Part shown: in pieces, positions 53,400 through 62,625 of the stretch
How the letters are laid out: the number at the start of each line of letters is the position of its first letter
Numbering within the stretch: position 1 is the stretch's first letter
Notes under the pieces: generated by a model
The model's input: the letters and a program-made list of their open reading frames with translations, nothing else
What the model was told of the DNA's origin: nothing
The model's database searches: none
Program-made: the position numbers and the translations under genes
DNA from: an uncultured Methylophilaceae bacterium
GTDB taxonomy: Bacteria > Pseudomonadota > Gammaproteobacteria > Burkholderiales > Methylophilaceae
Assembly: GCA_963977845.1 (NCBI GenBank)
Contig: CAXBPZ010000001.1
Span: 45,028-109,027 of the forward strand
DNA length: 64,000 bases
Direction of reading: 5' to 3'

Positions 53400-54755
53400 A
53401 TGTTAGAAAATCTAACAGACCGATTACAAAGTGTAATTAAAACGATCCGCGGCCAAGCAAGGTTTACTGAGCAAAATATCAGTGATGCCATGCGGGAAGT
53501 CAGAATTGCTTTAATTGAAGCAGATGTTGCTTTAGCGGTTGTTAAAGATTTTATAGATCGCGTTAAAGCTAAAGCGCTTGGTGTCGAGGTATTACAAAGT
53601 CTATCTCCAGGTCAAGCCATTATTAAAATTGTTCAAGATGAACTTACGGTTCTCATGGGGGATCAAAATGTCTCCCTAGAATTAAATGTAACTCCCCCAG
53701 CTATTATTTTAATGGCAGGTCTTCAAGGTTCAGGTAAAACAACTACCTCTGCCAAACTTGCTAAATTACTTATTGAAAAAAAGAAAAAAGTATTGCTTGC
53801 TAGCGCTGATGTTTATCGTCCTGCTGCGATTGATCAACTTAAAACACTTGCTAAAAATTTAAATATTGAATGTTTTGATTCAAATCCCAGTCAGAAGCCA
53901 TTGAAGATTGCATCAGAAACTATTGATTACGCAAAAAAACATTTTTTTGATGTAGTAATTTTTGATACAGCTGGTCGCTTAGGCATTGATGTTGAGATGA
54001 TGGATGAAATTAAAGCGCTCCATAAAAAATTAAATCCAATTGAAACTTTATTTGTTGTAGATGCAATGCAAGGTCAGGATGCGGTTAATACTGCAAAAGC
54101 TTTTGGTGAAGCATTGCCTCTAACAGGTGTTATTTTAACCAAGCTAGATAGCGATACGCGCGGGGGAGCTGCTTTATCTGTAAGACAAGTTACTGGTAAG
54201 CCCATAAAATATATCGGTACAAGTGAAAAAATTAATGGCCTTGAACCGTTTCATCCCGAAAGGATGGCATCCAGAATTCTTGGTATGGGGGACATTGTAA
54301 GTCTTGTTGAAGATGCCCAGAAAACGCTAGATGTTAAAGAAGCAGAGAAGCTTGCTGAAAAAGTTAAGTCGGGAAAAAATTTCGATTTAGAAGACTTTAA
54401 AAATCAAATAGGACAGATGAAAAAAATGGGCGGTGTCAGTGCGTTAATGGACAAGATGCCAGCGCAATTTTCAAGCGCCGCATCTAAAATTAATCCTGAA
54501 GATGGTGATAAATCACTTCGTCAAATAGAAGCCATTATTAGTTCAATGACGCCTCTCGAGAGAAGAAAGCCTGAATTGATTAAAGCTACACGAAAGAAAA
54601 GAATTGCTATGGGATCTGGCGTTCAGGTTCAAGATGTAAATCGCGTTCTTAATCAGTTTGAAGAAATGCAAAAGATGATGAAAATGTTCTCAAAAGGCGG
54701 TCTGGGCAAACTTATGCGAGGTATGGCTGGCAAAATACCCGGCTTGAGGCCTTAA
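53400..54755 (+). CDS. ffh: Signal recognition particle protein
   Basis: GLQGSGKTT, DTAGR, TKLD, Met-rich M domain. Confidence 0.97.
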   Translation: MLENLTDRLQSVIKTIRGQARFTEQNISDAMREVRIALIEADVALAVVKDFIDRVKAKALGVEVLQSLSPGQAIIKIVQDELTVLMGDQNVSLELNVTPPAIILMAGLQGSGKTTTSAKLAKLLIEKKKKVLLASADVYRPAAIDQLKTLAKNLNIECFDSNPSQKPLKIASETIDYAKKHFFDVVIFDTAGRLGIDVEMMDEIKALHKKLNPIETLFVVDAMQGQDAVNTAKAFGEALPLTGVILTKLDSDTRGGAALSVRQVTGKPIKYIGTSEKINGLEPFHPERMASRILGMGDIVSLVEDAQKTLDVKEAEKLAEKVKSGKNFDLEDFKNQIGQMKKMGGVSALMDKMPAQFSSAASKINPEDGDKSLRQIEAIISSMTPLERRKPELIKATRKKRIAMGSGVQVQDVNRVLNQFEEMQKMMKMFSKGGLGKLMRGMAGKIPGLRP

Positions 54756-54771
54756 TCTTCCACAATCATTA

Positions 54772-54800
54772 TTGACCAATCAGGCCCAATAACGGATAAT
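54772..54800 (+). promoter_or_regulatory. Sigma70-like promoter for tRNA-Lys
   Basis: TTGACC (54772-54777), 17-nt spacer, GATAAT (54795-54800). Confidence 0.6.
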
Positions 54801-54819
54801 TCCATGTTTTGTTTCTTCT

Positions 54820-54895
54820 GGGTCGGTAGCTCAGTCGGTAGAGCAGCGGACTTTTAATCCGTTGGTCGTGGGTTCGAATCCCGCCCGACCCACCA
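54820..54895 (+). tRNA. tRNA-Lys(UUU)
   Basis: Hand-folded 76-nt cloverleaf; anticodon arm GCGGA-CU-UUU-AA-UCCGU, GGUUCGAAUCC T arm, encoded CCA. Confidence 0.96.
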
Positions 54896-55777
54896 CTATA
54901 TTAACTTTTCCCCTGTCAGTCTTTGTAATACTTCAAGTGGACTTTTCTTTCTAAAATATTGTTTTGATGGGGACAGATGAAACGTTTGCTCCAACATAAA
55001 TTGTCCAGACATCACAGCATGTGCTGCTTGATCTGAAAAACAAATCCATACAGTACCTGGCTTAAAAGGCATAGTAATTTGAGGGGAATTTTTTTGATAT
55101 TGCATGTCTGATTTCATTGCGTCATGAAGTCCAAGCATCAAATGATCGTATTTACTTCGGAACGATTTAGTAATACCTAAAAAATTAATTATATTTGCTT
55201 GTAAGTATGAGTATGGTTTTATGGTGTGTAGATATCGCTTTGCAATATCTTCAAATGGTTCACCAATGCGCCATACTCTGGGTTTTTTGACTGGATTAAC
55301 GTTTATAAAAACCCTTAGAATTCTTTCCCCATAATTTGGTCTGGATGGAAAAGCATCAACATGCAGTCTTTTATCATCAGCTCGCCATGAAGTCACTCTT
55401 GATTTAACCTCTATTGGCCTGAAACTGGTTGGCGCTATTTTTAAATGGTTCTTATACTTTGGAAATGCCGAAAAAATAAGTGTTGAGGCATTGTTTTTAA
55501 ATCTTTTAATCATTGCACTTAATTCTTTAATTTCTTTTTCTGAGCCATTAGCTCCCTTTAAATTGCCTTTTGAATCAAGACTAATGTTTCGTGAATTTTT
55601 ATTAAGAATGGTCGGCGTAAAAAATTTTTTCTCATGAGTTGCAATCGAAAATTTAAGATTTTCAATATAAAGAACCTTGCCATCTTCCAGGTCTTTTGCC
55701 CATTGAGATTGAAATTTTTGTAACCTCCATGAAGAAGCTTTAATTTTTACAAGCTGAGAATTTTTTTGATTAATCAT
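54896..55777 (-). CDS. kdoO: Kdo hydroxylase family protein (Fe(II)/2-oxoglutarate dioxygenase, Kdo to Ko)
   Basis: SFRP..V..R..SWRADDKRLHVDAFPSRPN.GERILRVF.NVNP, RVWRIGEPF, YDHLML.LHD.MK.D, HAVMSGQ..LEQT. Family recognised from memory, not by search. Confidence 0.8.
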   Translation of the reverse strand: MINQKNSQLVKIKASSWRLQKFQSQWAKDLEDGKVLYIENLKFSIATHEKKFFTPTILNKNSRNISLDSKGNLKGANGSEKEIKELSAMIKRFKNNASTLIFSAFPKYKNHLKIAPTSFRPIEVKSRVTSWRADDKRLHVDAFPSRPNYGERILRVFINVNPVKKPRVWRIGEPFEDIAKRYLHTIKPYSYLQANIINFLGITKSFRSKYDHLMLGLHDAMKSDMQYQKNSPQITMPFKPGTVWICFSDQAAHAVMSGQFMLEQTFHLSPSKQYFRKKSPLEVLQRLTGEKLI

Positions 55778-55810
55778 AAAAAAGATTTATTTTTTTCATT
55801 AATAATAAAG

Positions 55811-55852
55811 ATTATATGTTCTTAAGAATACTAACAATTGATTTAAATCAAT
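55811..55852 (-). promoter_or_regulatory. FNR/CRP-family consensus box plus TATAAT -10 upstream of kdoO
   Basis: Palindrome ATTGATTTAAATCAAT at 55837-55852 (TTGAT-N4-ATCAA); minus-strand TATAAT at 55816-55811. Confidence 0.5.
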
Positions 55853-55872
55853 GTAGATATTTTTAATGAATT

Positions 55873-55949
55873 TGGCGCGCCCGAAGAGATTCGAACTCCT
55901 GACCCCTTGGTTCGAAGCCAAGTACTCTATCCAGCTGAGCTACGGGCGC
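55873..55949 (-). tRNA. tRNA-Arg(UCG)
   Basis: 77-nt cloverleaf; anticodon arm CUUGG-CU-UCG-AA-CCAAG; encoded CCA. Confidence 0.92.
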
Positions 55950-55974
55950 ATAAATAGTAGGAATGATATAAAAG

Positions 55975-56051
55975 TGGCGCGCCCGAAGAGATTCGAACTC
56001 CTGACCCCTTGGTTCGTAGCCAAGTACTCTATCCAGCTGAGCTACGGGCGC
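55975..56051 (-). tRNA. tRNA-Arg(ACG)
   Basis: 77-nt cloverleaf; anticodon arm CUUGG-CU-ACG-AA-CCAAG; encoded CCA. Confidence 0.96.
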
Positions 56052-56084
56052 GTGGTGACATTATAACTTAATGATATTGAATAA

Positions 56085-56178
56085 TGGCGGAGAGCGAGGG
56101 ATTCGAACCCTCGATACAGGTTTAAGCCCGTATGCTTCCTTAGCAGGGAAGTGCCTTCGACCACTCGGCCAGCTCTCC
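56085..56178 (-). tRNA. tRNA-Ser(GCU)
   Basis: 94 nt with long variable arm; anticodon arm CUUCC-CU-GCU-AA-GGAAG; encoded CCA. Confidence 0.95.
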
Positions 56179-56188
56179 GGAAGCGCGA

Positions 56189-56217
56189 ACGATACGCTAA
56201 ATTGCTTTAAAAATCAA
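56189..56217 (-). promoter_or_regulatory. Sigma70-like promoter for the Ser-Arg-Arg tRNA operon
   Basis: Minus strand TTGATT, 17-nt spacer, TATCGT, then a GC-rich discriminator (TCGCGC). Confidence 0.5.
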
Positions 56218-56227
56218 TTTCTAACGC

Positions 56228-57451
56228 CTAAGCGTCAAGTCCAAAAGCTTTATGAAGCGCTCTAACTGCAAGTTCTAAATATTTTTCGTCTATAAGCACT
56301 GAAATTTTTATCTCACTTGTAGAGATCATATTGATATTGATTCCCTCTTCAGACAAGGTTCTAAACATTTGGCTTGCAACACCTACATGTGAACGCATGC
56401 CAACGCCTACGATAGAGACTTTTGCAATTTTATCATTTCCATTTACCTCTTTAGCACCCACATGATTTTTAACTTTTTCATTAAGAATTGTTAGGGCTTT
56501 ATTTAAATCATTTTTATTAACGGTAAATGTAAAATCTGTTGTTCCAACAGCGCCTACGTTTTGAATAATCATATCGACGTCAATATTAGCGTCTGCAATA
56601 GGGCCTAAAATTTGATAAGCAATACCTGGTTTATCTGGCACACCAAGAACAGTGATTTTGGCTTCATCACGATTAAAAGCAATACCTGAAATAATGGGCT
56701 GTTCCATGTTATTTTTTTCCTCAAATGTAATTAAAGTGCCGTCACCTTCTTCCTCGAAACTTGATAGCACCCTTAACTTAACTTTGTATTTTCCTGCAAA
56801 TTCGACAGATCTAATTTGAAGTACTTTTGATCCTAAACTTGCCATCTCAAGCATTTCTTCAAAAGTAATTGAATCTAATTTTTTAGCCTCGGGTACAACT
56901 CTCGGATCTGTTGTATAAATACCATCTACATCTGTATAAATTTGACATTCATCGGCCTTTAGCGCAGCTGCGAGGGCAACGCCAGTAGTATCAGAGCCAC
57001 CGCGTCCAAGAGTGGTAATGTTGTCTTTTTCATCCACACCTTGAAATCCAGCAACGACCACGACATAACCCTTATCTAAATCTTCTTGAATGTTGTTATG
57101 GTCTATTTTTAAAATTCTTGCTTTAGTGTGAGCATCATCAGTGAGAATTTTTACTTGAGAACCTGTATAGCTTTTTGCTTTAATACCAAGATCAATTAAA
57201 GCAAGAGCGGTCATGCCAATACTTACTTGTTCACCCGTAGATACCATTACATCTAATTCTCGTGGATCAGGTTCTTCCATAATTTCTTTTGCTAGACCAA
57301 TCAGTCTATTCGTTTCTCCAGACATCGCAGAAACTACCACCACCACTTGGTGCCCAAGCGATTTATAGCGAGCTACGCGTCGTGCGACAGCACGAATTCT
57401 TTCAGGGGTTCCAACGGAAGTACCACCATATTTTTGTACAATTAAACTCAT
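56228..57451 (-). CDS. lysC: Aspartate kinase
   Basis: VQKYGGTSV, TLGRGGSD, DVDGIYTTDPR, two ACT domains. Confidence 0.96.
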   Translation of the reverse strand: MSLIVQKYGGTSVGTPERIRAVARRVARYKSLGHQVVVVVSAMSGETNRLIGLAKEIMEEPDPRELDVMVSTGEQVSIGMTALALIDLGIKAKSYTGSQVKILTDDAHTKARILKIDHNNIQEDLDKGYVVVVAGFQGVDEKDNITTLGRGGSDTTGVALAAALKADECQIYTDVDGIYTTDPRVVPEAKKLDSITFEEMLEMASLGSKVLQIRSVEFAGKYKVKLRVLSSFEEEGDGTLITFEEKNNMEQPIISGIAFNRDEAKITVLGVPDKPGIAYQILGPIADANIDVDMIIQNVGAVGTTDFTFTVNKNDLNKALTILNEKVKNHVGAKEVNGNDKIAKVSIVGVGMRSHVGVASQMFRTLSEEGININMISTSEIKISVLIDEKYLELAVRALHKAFGLDA

Positions 57452-57456
57452 AAATT

Positions 57457-60111
57457 TTAGTTAAGAATTATTTTCTTTATTTTAGTTAAGCAATCATTGA
57501 AAGCTTGATCAAGAAGTTCGGGTTTTGATCCACCAGCCATTGCTAAGTCAGGCTTGCCACCACCTTTGCCTCCAATTGAAATGGCTAATTCACTAGCAAT
57601 TTCACCCGCTTTTATTTTAGCTATAAGATCTTGTGTCACACCAACAGCTAAAGTGACTTTGCCTTGATCAACACCACTTAAAATTATAACTGCACTTTTA
57701 AGTTCTGATTTAAGTTTATCAATTGTCTCCCGTAAGCCTTGAGGATCGGAAGTGGCTAATTTTTCCATTACAACTTTGACTTCTCCTACGGAGATAGCTT
57801 TTTTAGATAAATTGCCACTTTCAGAAGATGTGATTTTTGATTTTAATTGCTGAATATTTTTTTCTTGTTCCTTGATCTGCTCTTGAATTTGGTCAATTTT
57901 GTTTAAAAGCTCTGAGGAAGGCACTTTAAGGCTGTGCGCTAGTCGATCAATGATTGAAACATGTTCATTTATATATTGAATAACATTAGATCCTGTTGTA
58001 GCTTCAATACGTCGAATACCAGAAGAAATGCCAGTTTCTGAGATAATTTTAAAGGCGCCAATATCGCCTGTCCTTTTTACATGTGTTCCGCCGCATAATT
58101 CTTTGCTTGATCCTATACTAAGGACTCTGACCTCATCAGAATATTTTTCACCAAAGAGCATCATGGCCCCACTTTTCTTAGCATCATCTAAATGCATCGT
58201 TTGTGCTTTGGTATCAGTATTGTTAAGAATTTCCTGATTTACGAACATTTCTACAGATTTAATTTCATCTGCACTTAGAGCATGGGGATGAGAAAAATCA
58301 AAGCGTGTTTTAGTATCATCGACAAGAGAGCCTTTTTGTTCTACATGATTGCCTAGCGTAATTTTTAAAGCTTTGTGAAGTAAATGAGTTGCCGAATGAT
58401 TACGCATAATATTTTTTCTTAAATCATTTTCAACTGTTGCTGTAACTTCATCAGAAACTTTTATACTGTTTGTTTCAACAACACCATAATGAGCAAAAAT
58501 TTTTGCTTTAATTTTTTGTGTGTCTTCAACTCTAAAAAGACCATTTGAAGTTTTAATGATACCTCTATCACCTACTTGACCCCCAGATTCTGCGTAAAAA
58601 GGAGTGGTATCAAGAATCACAATACCTAAATCGTCTTTGACAAGTTCTTTTTTAGATTCATCGCCTTTAAATAAAGCTAGCACTTTAGCTTTGCATTCTG
58701 TGACTTCATAACCTTTAAATTCTGTCGCTTCGCCGCTATAGTCGACGTTCATTTTCATTTTAAACTTATTAGAGGATCGAGCCATTGACTTTTGTGCTTC
58801 CATGGCGGCATCAAAACCTTTTTGGTCAATTGAAATATTTTTTTCTCGACAAATATCAGCGGTGAGATCAAGAGGAAATCCAAAAGTATCATGGAGTTTA
58901 AAAGCAATTTGACCATCAAAAGTTTTTTGATTTTTTTGAGTAAGTGTTTGAATAGACTCTTCTAATATATTCATGCCATTTTCAATCGTTTCGAAAAATC
59001 GTTCTTCTTCTTGCATAAGTGATAATGCAATTTTTTGTTTATTTTTTTCAATGTCAGGATAGGCTTTGCCTAACATGCGAACAACATCATCAACTAATTT
59101 ATAAAAGAAAGGCTGTCTGCAACCTAGTTTATATCCATGCCTTATAGCTCTGCGAATAATTCTTCTTAAAACATATCCTCGACCTTCATTACTTGGAATC
59201 ACACCATCTGAAATTAAAAATGTACAAGCGCGAATATGGTCTGATAACACCTTTAATGAGGGATGAGTCAGATCAGATGTTTTTGTAATTTTTGCTGCTG
59301 ATTGAATGAGCGGCACAAATAAATCTGTTTCATAATTAGCATGCACACCTTGAAGCACAGCACTGATTCGTTCCAAACCCATGCCTGTATCAACGGAAGG
59401 TTTTGGCAACGCATGCATAACACCTTTTTCATCGCGGTTATATTGCATAAAAACAATATTCCAAATTTCAATGAAACGGTCACCATCTTCATCTTTAGAC
59501 CCAGGAGGTCCCCCAGGTATATGATTTCCATGATCATAGAAAATTTCAGTACATGGACCGCATGGACCTGTATCGCCCATCATCCAAAAATTATCTGATG
59601 CATATTTAGCGCCTTTATTATCACCAATACGGATAATTTTTTCAGGTTGAATACCGATTGACTTTGCCCAGATGTCATAAGCTTCATCATCTTCACTATA
59701 GACAGTTACTAAAAGTCTTTCTTTAGGTATTTTGTATACTTCAGTGAGGAGCTCCCATGCATAATGAATGGCATCTTTTTTAAAATAATCTCCAAAACTA
59801 AAGTTTCCGAGCATTTCAAAAAAAGTGTGATGTCTTGCTGTATAGCCTACATTTTCAAGGTCGTTATGTTTACCACCGGCTCTGACACATTTCTGGCTTG
59901 AAGCTGCTCTTGAATAGTTTCGTTTATCAAAACCTAAGAATACATCTTTGAATTGATTCATACCTGCATTTGTGAATAGCAAGGTAGGATCTTCTCCGGG
60001 CACTAATGAGCTAGAAGCAACAACTTGATGTTGTTTTTTCTTAAAAAAATCTAGAAATATATTTCTAATTTCTTCGCTAGAAAGGATTGGATGATTTAAT
60101 GAAGTCGACAT
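57457..60111 (-). CDS. alaS: Alanine--tRNA ligase
   Basis: [26 protein letters not shown], editing HSATH and ELCGGTHV, C-terminal GGKGGG. Confidence 0.98.
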   Translation of the reverse strand: MSTSLNHPILSSEEIRNIFLDFFKKKQHQVVASSSLVPGEDPTLLFTNAGMNQFKDVFLGFDKRNYSRAASSQKCVRAGGKHNDLENVGYTARHHTFFEMLGNFSFGDYFKKDAIHYAWELLTEVYKIPKERLLVTVYSEDDEAYDIWAKSIGIQPEKIIRIGDNKGAKYASDNFWMMGDTGPCGPCTEIFYDHGNHIPGGPPGSKDEDGDRFIEIWNIVFMQYNRDEKGVMHALPKPSVDTGMGLERISAVLQGVHANYETDLFVPLIQSAAKITKTSDLTHPSLKVLSDHIRACTFLISDGVIPSNEGRGYVLRRIIRRAIRHGYKLGCRQPFFYKLVDDVVRMLGKAYPDIEKNKQKIALSLMQEEERFFETIENGMNILEESIQTLTQKNQKTFDGQIAFKLHDTFGFPLDLTADICREKNISIDQKGFDAAMEAQKSMARSSNKFKMKMNVDYSGEATEFKGYEVTECKAKVLALFKGDESKKELVKDDLGIVILDTTPFYAESGGQVGDRGIIKTSNGLFRVEDTQKIKAKIFAHYGVVETNSIKVSDEVTATVENDLRKNIMRNHSATHLLHKALKITLGNHVEQKGSLVDDTKTRFDFSHPHALSADEIKSVEMFVNQEILNNTDTKAQTMHLDDAKKSGAMMLFGEKYSDEVRVLSIGSSKELCGGTHVKRTGDIGAFKIISETGISSGIRRIEATTGSNVIQYINEHVSIIDRLAHSLKVPSSELLNKIDQIQEQIKEQEKNIQQLKSKITSSESGNLSKKAISVGEVKVVMEKLATSDPQGLRETIDKLKSELKSAVIILSGVDQGKVTLAVGVTQDLIAKIKAGEIASELAISIGGKGGGKPDLAMAGGSKPELLDQAFNDCLTKIKKIILN

Positions 60112-60118
60112 ACTTTAA

Positions 60119-60589
60119 CTATTCTTCCTTGGCATTTAGTATTTTTTTTATGAGAGAAACATCAAATCCGCGACTTTGAAGGAAGCGAGCTTGTTTTGAC
60201 CATTCCTCTTTAGAGGTCGGGAGAAATTTAAATTTTTTTTGCCAAACCTGTTTTGCATATAAAAATTCTTGGTTTTTAAGAGGCTTAAGATATTGCTCTA
60301 TCAGCGCTTCATCTATCCCTTTTTCTTCAAGTTCTCTAATAATTTTATAACGCCCAAATTTATTCTTTTTTGCATGAATAAATTGTTCGCAATACCGCTC
60401 ATTAGAAAGCCATCCTTCAGACACTAAAGATGATAAAAAAAGCACTAACGCCTCTTCATTCAATTCAAGCGTTTGAGCGTATTCACGTAATTTTAATTTT
60501 AATTCGAGATGCGAATATTCTCTTTTTGCTAGGTAATACAGCGCTCTTTTTTTAAGTAAAATTAATGGATTATTTTTTGTGTTACTCAG
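60119..60589 (-). CDS. recX: Regulatory protein RecX (start uncertain; frame extends past the ORF-track TTG 60463, candidate CTG 60589)
   Basis: In-frame upstream sequence reads [18 protein letters not shown] (RecX N-terminal motif); also [23 protein letters not shown]. Confidence 0.85.
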   Translation of the reverse strand: MSNTKNNPLILLKKRALYYLAKREYSHLELKLKLREYAQTLELNEEALVLFLSSLVSEGWLSNERYCEQFIHAKKNKFGRYKIIRELEEKGIDEALIEQYLKPLKNQEFLYAKQVWQKKFKFLPTSKEEWSKQARFLQSRGFDVSLIKKILNAKEE

Positions 60590-61616
60590 TTTCGTCAGTT
60601 TCCTGCGGCGCAGTCATGGCTTCGCTCAGAGCTGATGAGTTAGCCCTAATCTTATCTTCAATTTCTTGAGCAATTTTTGGATTTTCTTTTAAAAATTCTC
60701 TTGCGTTATCTTTGCCTTGACCAATCTTTTCACCGTTATAGCTATACCATGCGCCCGCCTTTTCGATAAATTTCAATTGAGCGCCAATTTCAATAATTTC
60801 ACCCTCTCTTGAAATGCCTTCGCCATAAAGTACATCAAATTCTGCTTGTTTAAATGGAGGGGCGACTTTATTTTTAACCACTTTAACTCTAGTTTCAGCA
60901 CCTATAACTTCATCACCTTTTTTGATTGCACCAATACGACGAATATCAAGTCTTACAGAAGCGTAAAATTTAAGCGCATTACCTCCGGTTGTTGTTTCAG
61001 GATTTCCAAACATTACGCCAATCTTCATACGAATTTGATTAATAAATATGACAAGCGTATTTGTTTTTTTAATATTACCTGTTAATTTTCTCAATGCTTG
61101 TGACATGAGTCTAGCCTGAAGGCCCATATGTGAATCACCCATTTCACCTTCAATTTCTGCACGCGGCGTTAAAGCTGCTACTGAGTCAACCACCACAATA
61201 TCAACTGAACCACTTCTTACGAGCATGTCTGCAATTTCAAGCGCTTGTTCACCTGTATCAGGCTGAGAAATAAGTAAATCTGGAACTACAACTCCTAATT
61301 TGGCTGCATATTGAGGGTCAAGTGCATGCTCAGCGTCAATAAAGGCCGCGACGCCACCTAGTTTTTGCATTTGAGCAATTACGGATAGGGTTAAAGAGGT
61401 CTTGCCTGATGATTCTGGACCATATATTTCTACAACACGTCCTCTAGGGAGGCCGCCAATGCCAAGTGCTATATCAAGACCCAAGGAGCCTGTTGAAACA
61501 GATTGAATATCTTCGATGACATCGGAATCATCCATTCGCATGACGGAGCCTTTTCCGAATTGTTTTTCGATCTGCGCTAATGCTGCAGCGAGTGCTTTAC
61601 TTTTATTGTCATCCAT
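60582..61616 (-). CDS. recA: Recombinase A
   Basis: [35 protein letters not shown] motifs. Confidence 0.99.
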   Translation of the reverse strand: MDDNKSKALAAALAQIEKQFGKGSVMRMDDSDVIEDIQSVSTGSLGLDIALGIGGLPRGRVVEIYGPESSGKTSLTLSVIAQMQKLGGVAAFIDAEHALDPQYAAKLGVVVPDLLISQPDTGEQALEIADMLVRSGSVDIVVVDSVAALTPRAEIEGEMGDSHMGLQARLMSQALRKLTGNIKKTNTLVIFINQIRMKIGVMFGNPETTTGGNALKFYASVRLDIRRIGAIKKGDEVIGAETRVKVVKNKVAPPFKQAEFDVLYGEGISREGEIIEIGAQLKFIEKAGAWYSYNGEKIGQGKDNAREFLKENPKIAQEIEDKIRANSSALSEAMTAPQETDETE

Positions 61617-61660
61617 CTATATTTGCCTTTAATTAAAGTGTTTTATCACCAATAATTATT

Positions 61661-62161
61661 TCATACTTGGGGGTTTAAAGTAAGCGCTAAGACCTGATTT
61701 AGTGCAAATAGACAAGAAGATTCACGTATGTTTTCTCTTGATCCAGAGAAGATTTTTGACGCATTAAAAACGACCTTATTTTGATAAGCAATAGCAAAGA
61801 AAACAGTGCCTACAGGCTTATCAATTGACCCTCCTGAAGGACCGGCGATGCCGGTGATTGATAAAGCTATATCAGCATGACTCGCATTAAGAGCACCTAA
61901 TGCCATTTCTGAAGCAATCTCCTTACTTACTGCGCCAAACTCTGAGAGCGTGGTTTGGTTAACTTTAAGCAATTCCATTTTTGATTCGTTGCTATAAGTT
62001 ATAAATCCTCGGTCAAACCAGGCAGAGCTTCCAGGAATATTTGTGAGTTGTTGACACACCAATCCTCCAGTGCATGATTCAGCCAGCGCAATACGCAAAT
62101 TACGCTTAATAAGGGCGCTTCCTAATTGAGCACATGTATCTTGAATTATTGTATGAGCCAT
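61661..62161 (-). CDS. cinA: CinA C-terminal domain protein (NMN deamidase PncC-like)
   Basis: AESCTGG, GSSAWF, YSNESK, GAVS, SITGIAGP motifs. Confidence 0.88.
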   Translation of the reverse strand: MAHTIIQDTCAQLGSALIKRNLRIALAESCTGGLVCQQLTNIPGSSAWFDRGFITYSNESKMELLKVNQTTLSEFGAVSKEIASEMALGALNASHADIALSITGIAGPSGGSIDKPVGTVFFAIAYQNKVVFNASKIFSGSRENIRESSCLFALNQVLALTLNPQV

Positions 62162-62625
62162 TGCATTGAAAAATAAACTATTAGCCCAAAAAAAGCGGCC
62201 ACATAATCATCGAGCATGATGCCAAATCCGCCGCCTACACGTTTGTCTAAATAGCCAATTGGAAAAGGCTTCCAAATATCAAAGATTCTAAAAAGTACAA
62301 ATAATTCAAAAATGTGAAAAATATTTAAAACAGGTTGGGCAATAATTAACATTAAAAAAAAGGCTGAAATTTCGTCCCAAACAATAGCACTCGGATCTTT
62401 AACCTTAAGTGCATTTGCTGTTTGTCCACAGACAAAAATACCCCCAACTGTAAATAGAATAGCAACCATTATCTGCATTAAAAAACTGTAGGAAAAAATA
62501 AATAAATAAAAAGGAATCCCGATAAGAGTACCTAAAGTCCCCGGTGCCTTTTTTGAAAGACCAGCTCCAAAACCAAGCGCTATAAAATGCGATGGATGTT
62601 TAAGTAGGAAATTAATATTAAGCAA
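62146..62625 (-). CDS. pgpA: Phosphatidylglycerophosphatase A (TTG 62625 preferred; ORF track starts at 62673)
   Basis: GFGAGL..KAPGT.GT, DPSAIVWDE, FRIFDIWKPFPI, GGFGIMLDD motifs. Confidence 0.92.
   Translation of the reverse strand: MLNINFLLKHPSHFIALGFGAGLSKKAPGTLGTLIGIPFYLFIFSYSFLMQIMVAILFTVGGIFVCGQTANALKVKDPSAIVWDEISAFFLMLIIAQPVLNIFHIFELFVLFRIFDIWKPFPIGYLDKRVGGGFGIMLDDYVAAFFGLIVYFSMQWLIQ

Noticed and set aside
54820-54900. tRNA-Lys as an active prophage or island attachment site
   Set aside because: No duplicated tRNA 3' end and no integrase in the window.
55873-56051. 77-bp direct repeat as a CRISPR array or attL/attR pair
   Set aside because: Both copies are complete tRNA genes 25 bp apart, with no cas or integrase gene.
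56179-56227. csrA between lysC and tRNA-Ser, as in Gammaproteobacteria
   Set aside because: The gap is only 49 bp; absence is normal for Betaproteobacteria.
55866-56265. ORF-track entries 55866-56066 and 56071-56265
   Set aside because: They are antisense translations of the tRNA-Arg and tRNA-Ser genes.
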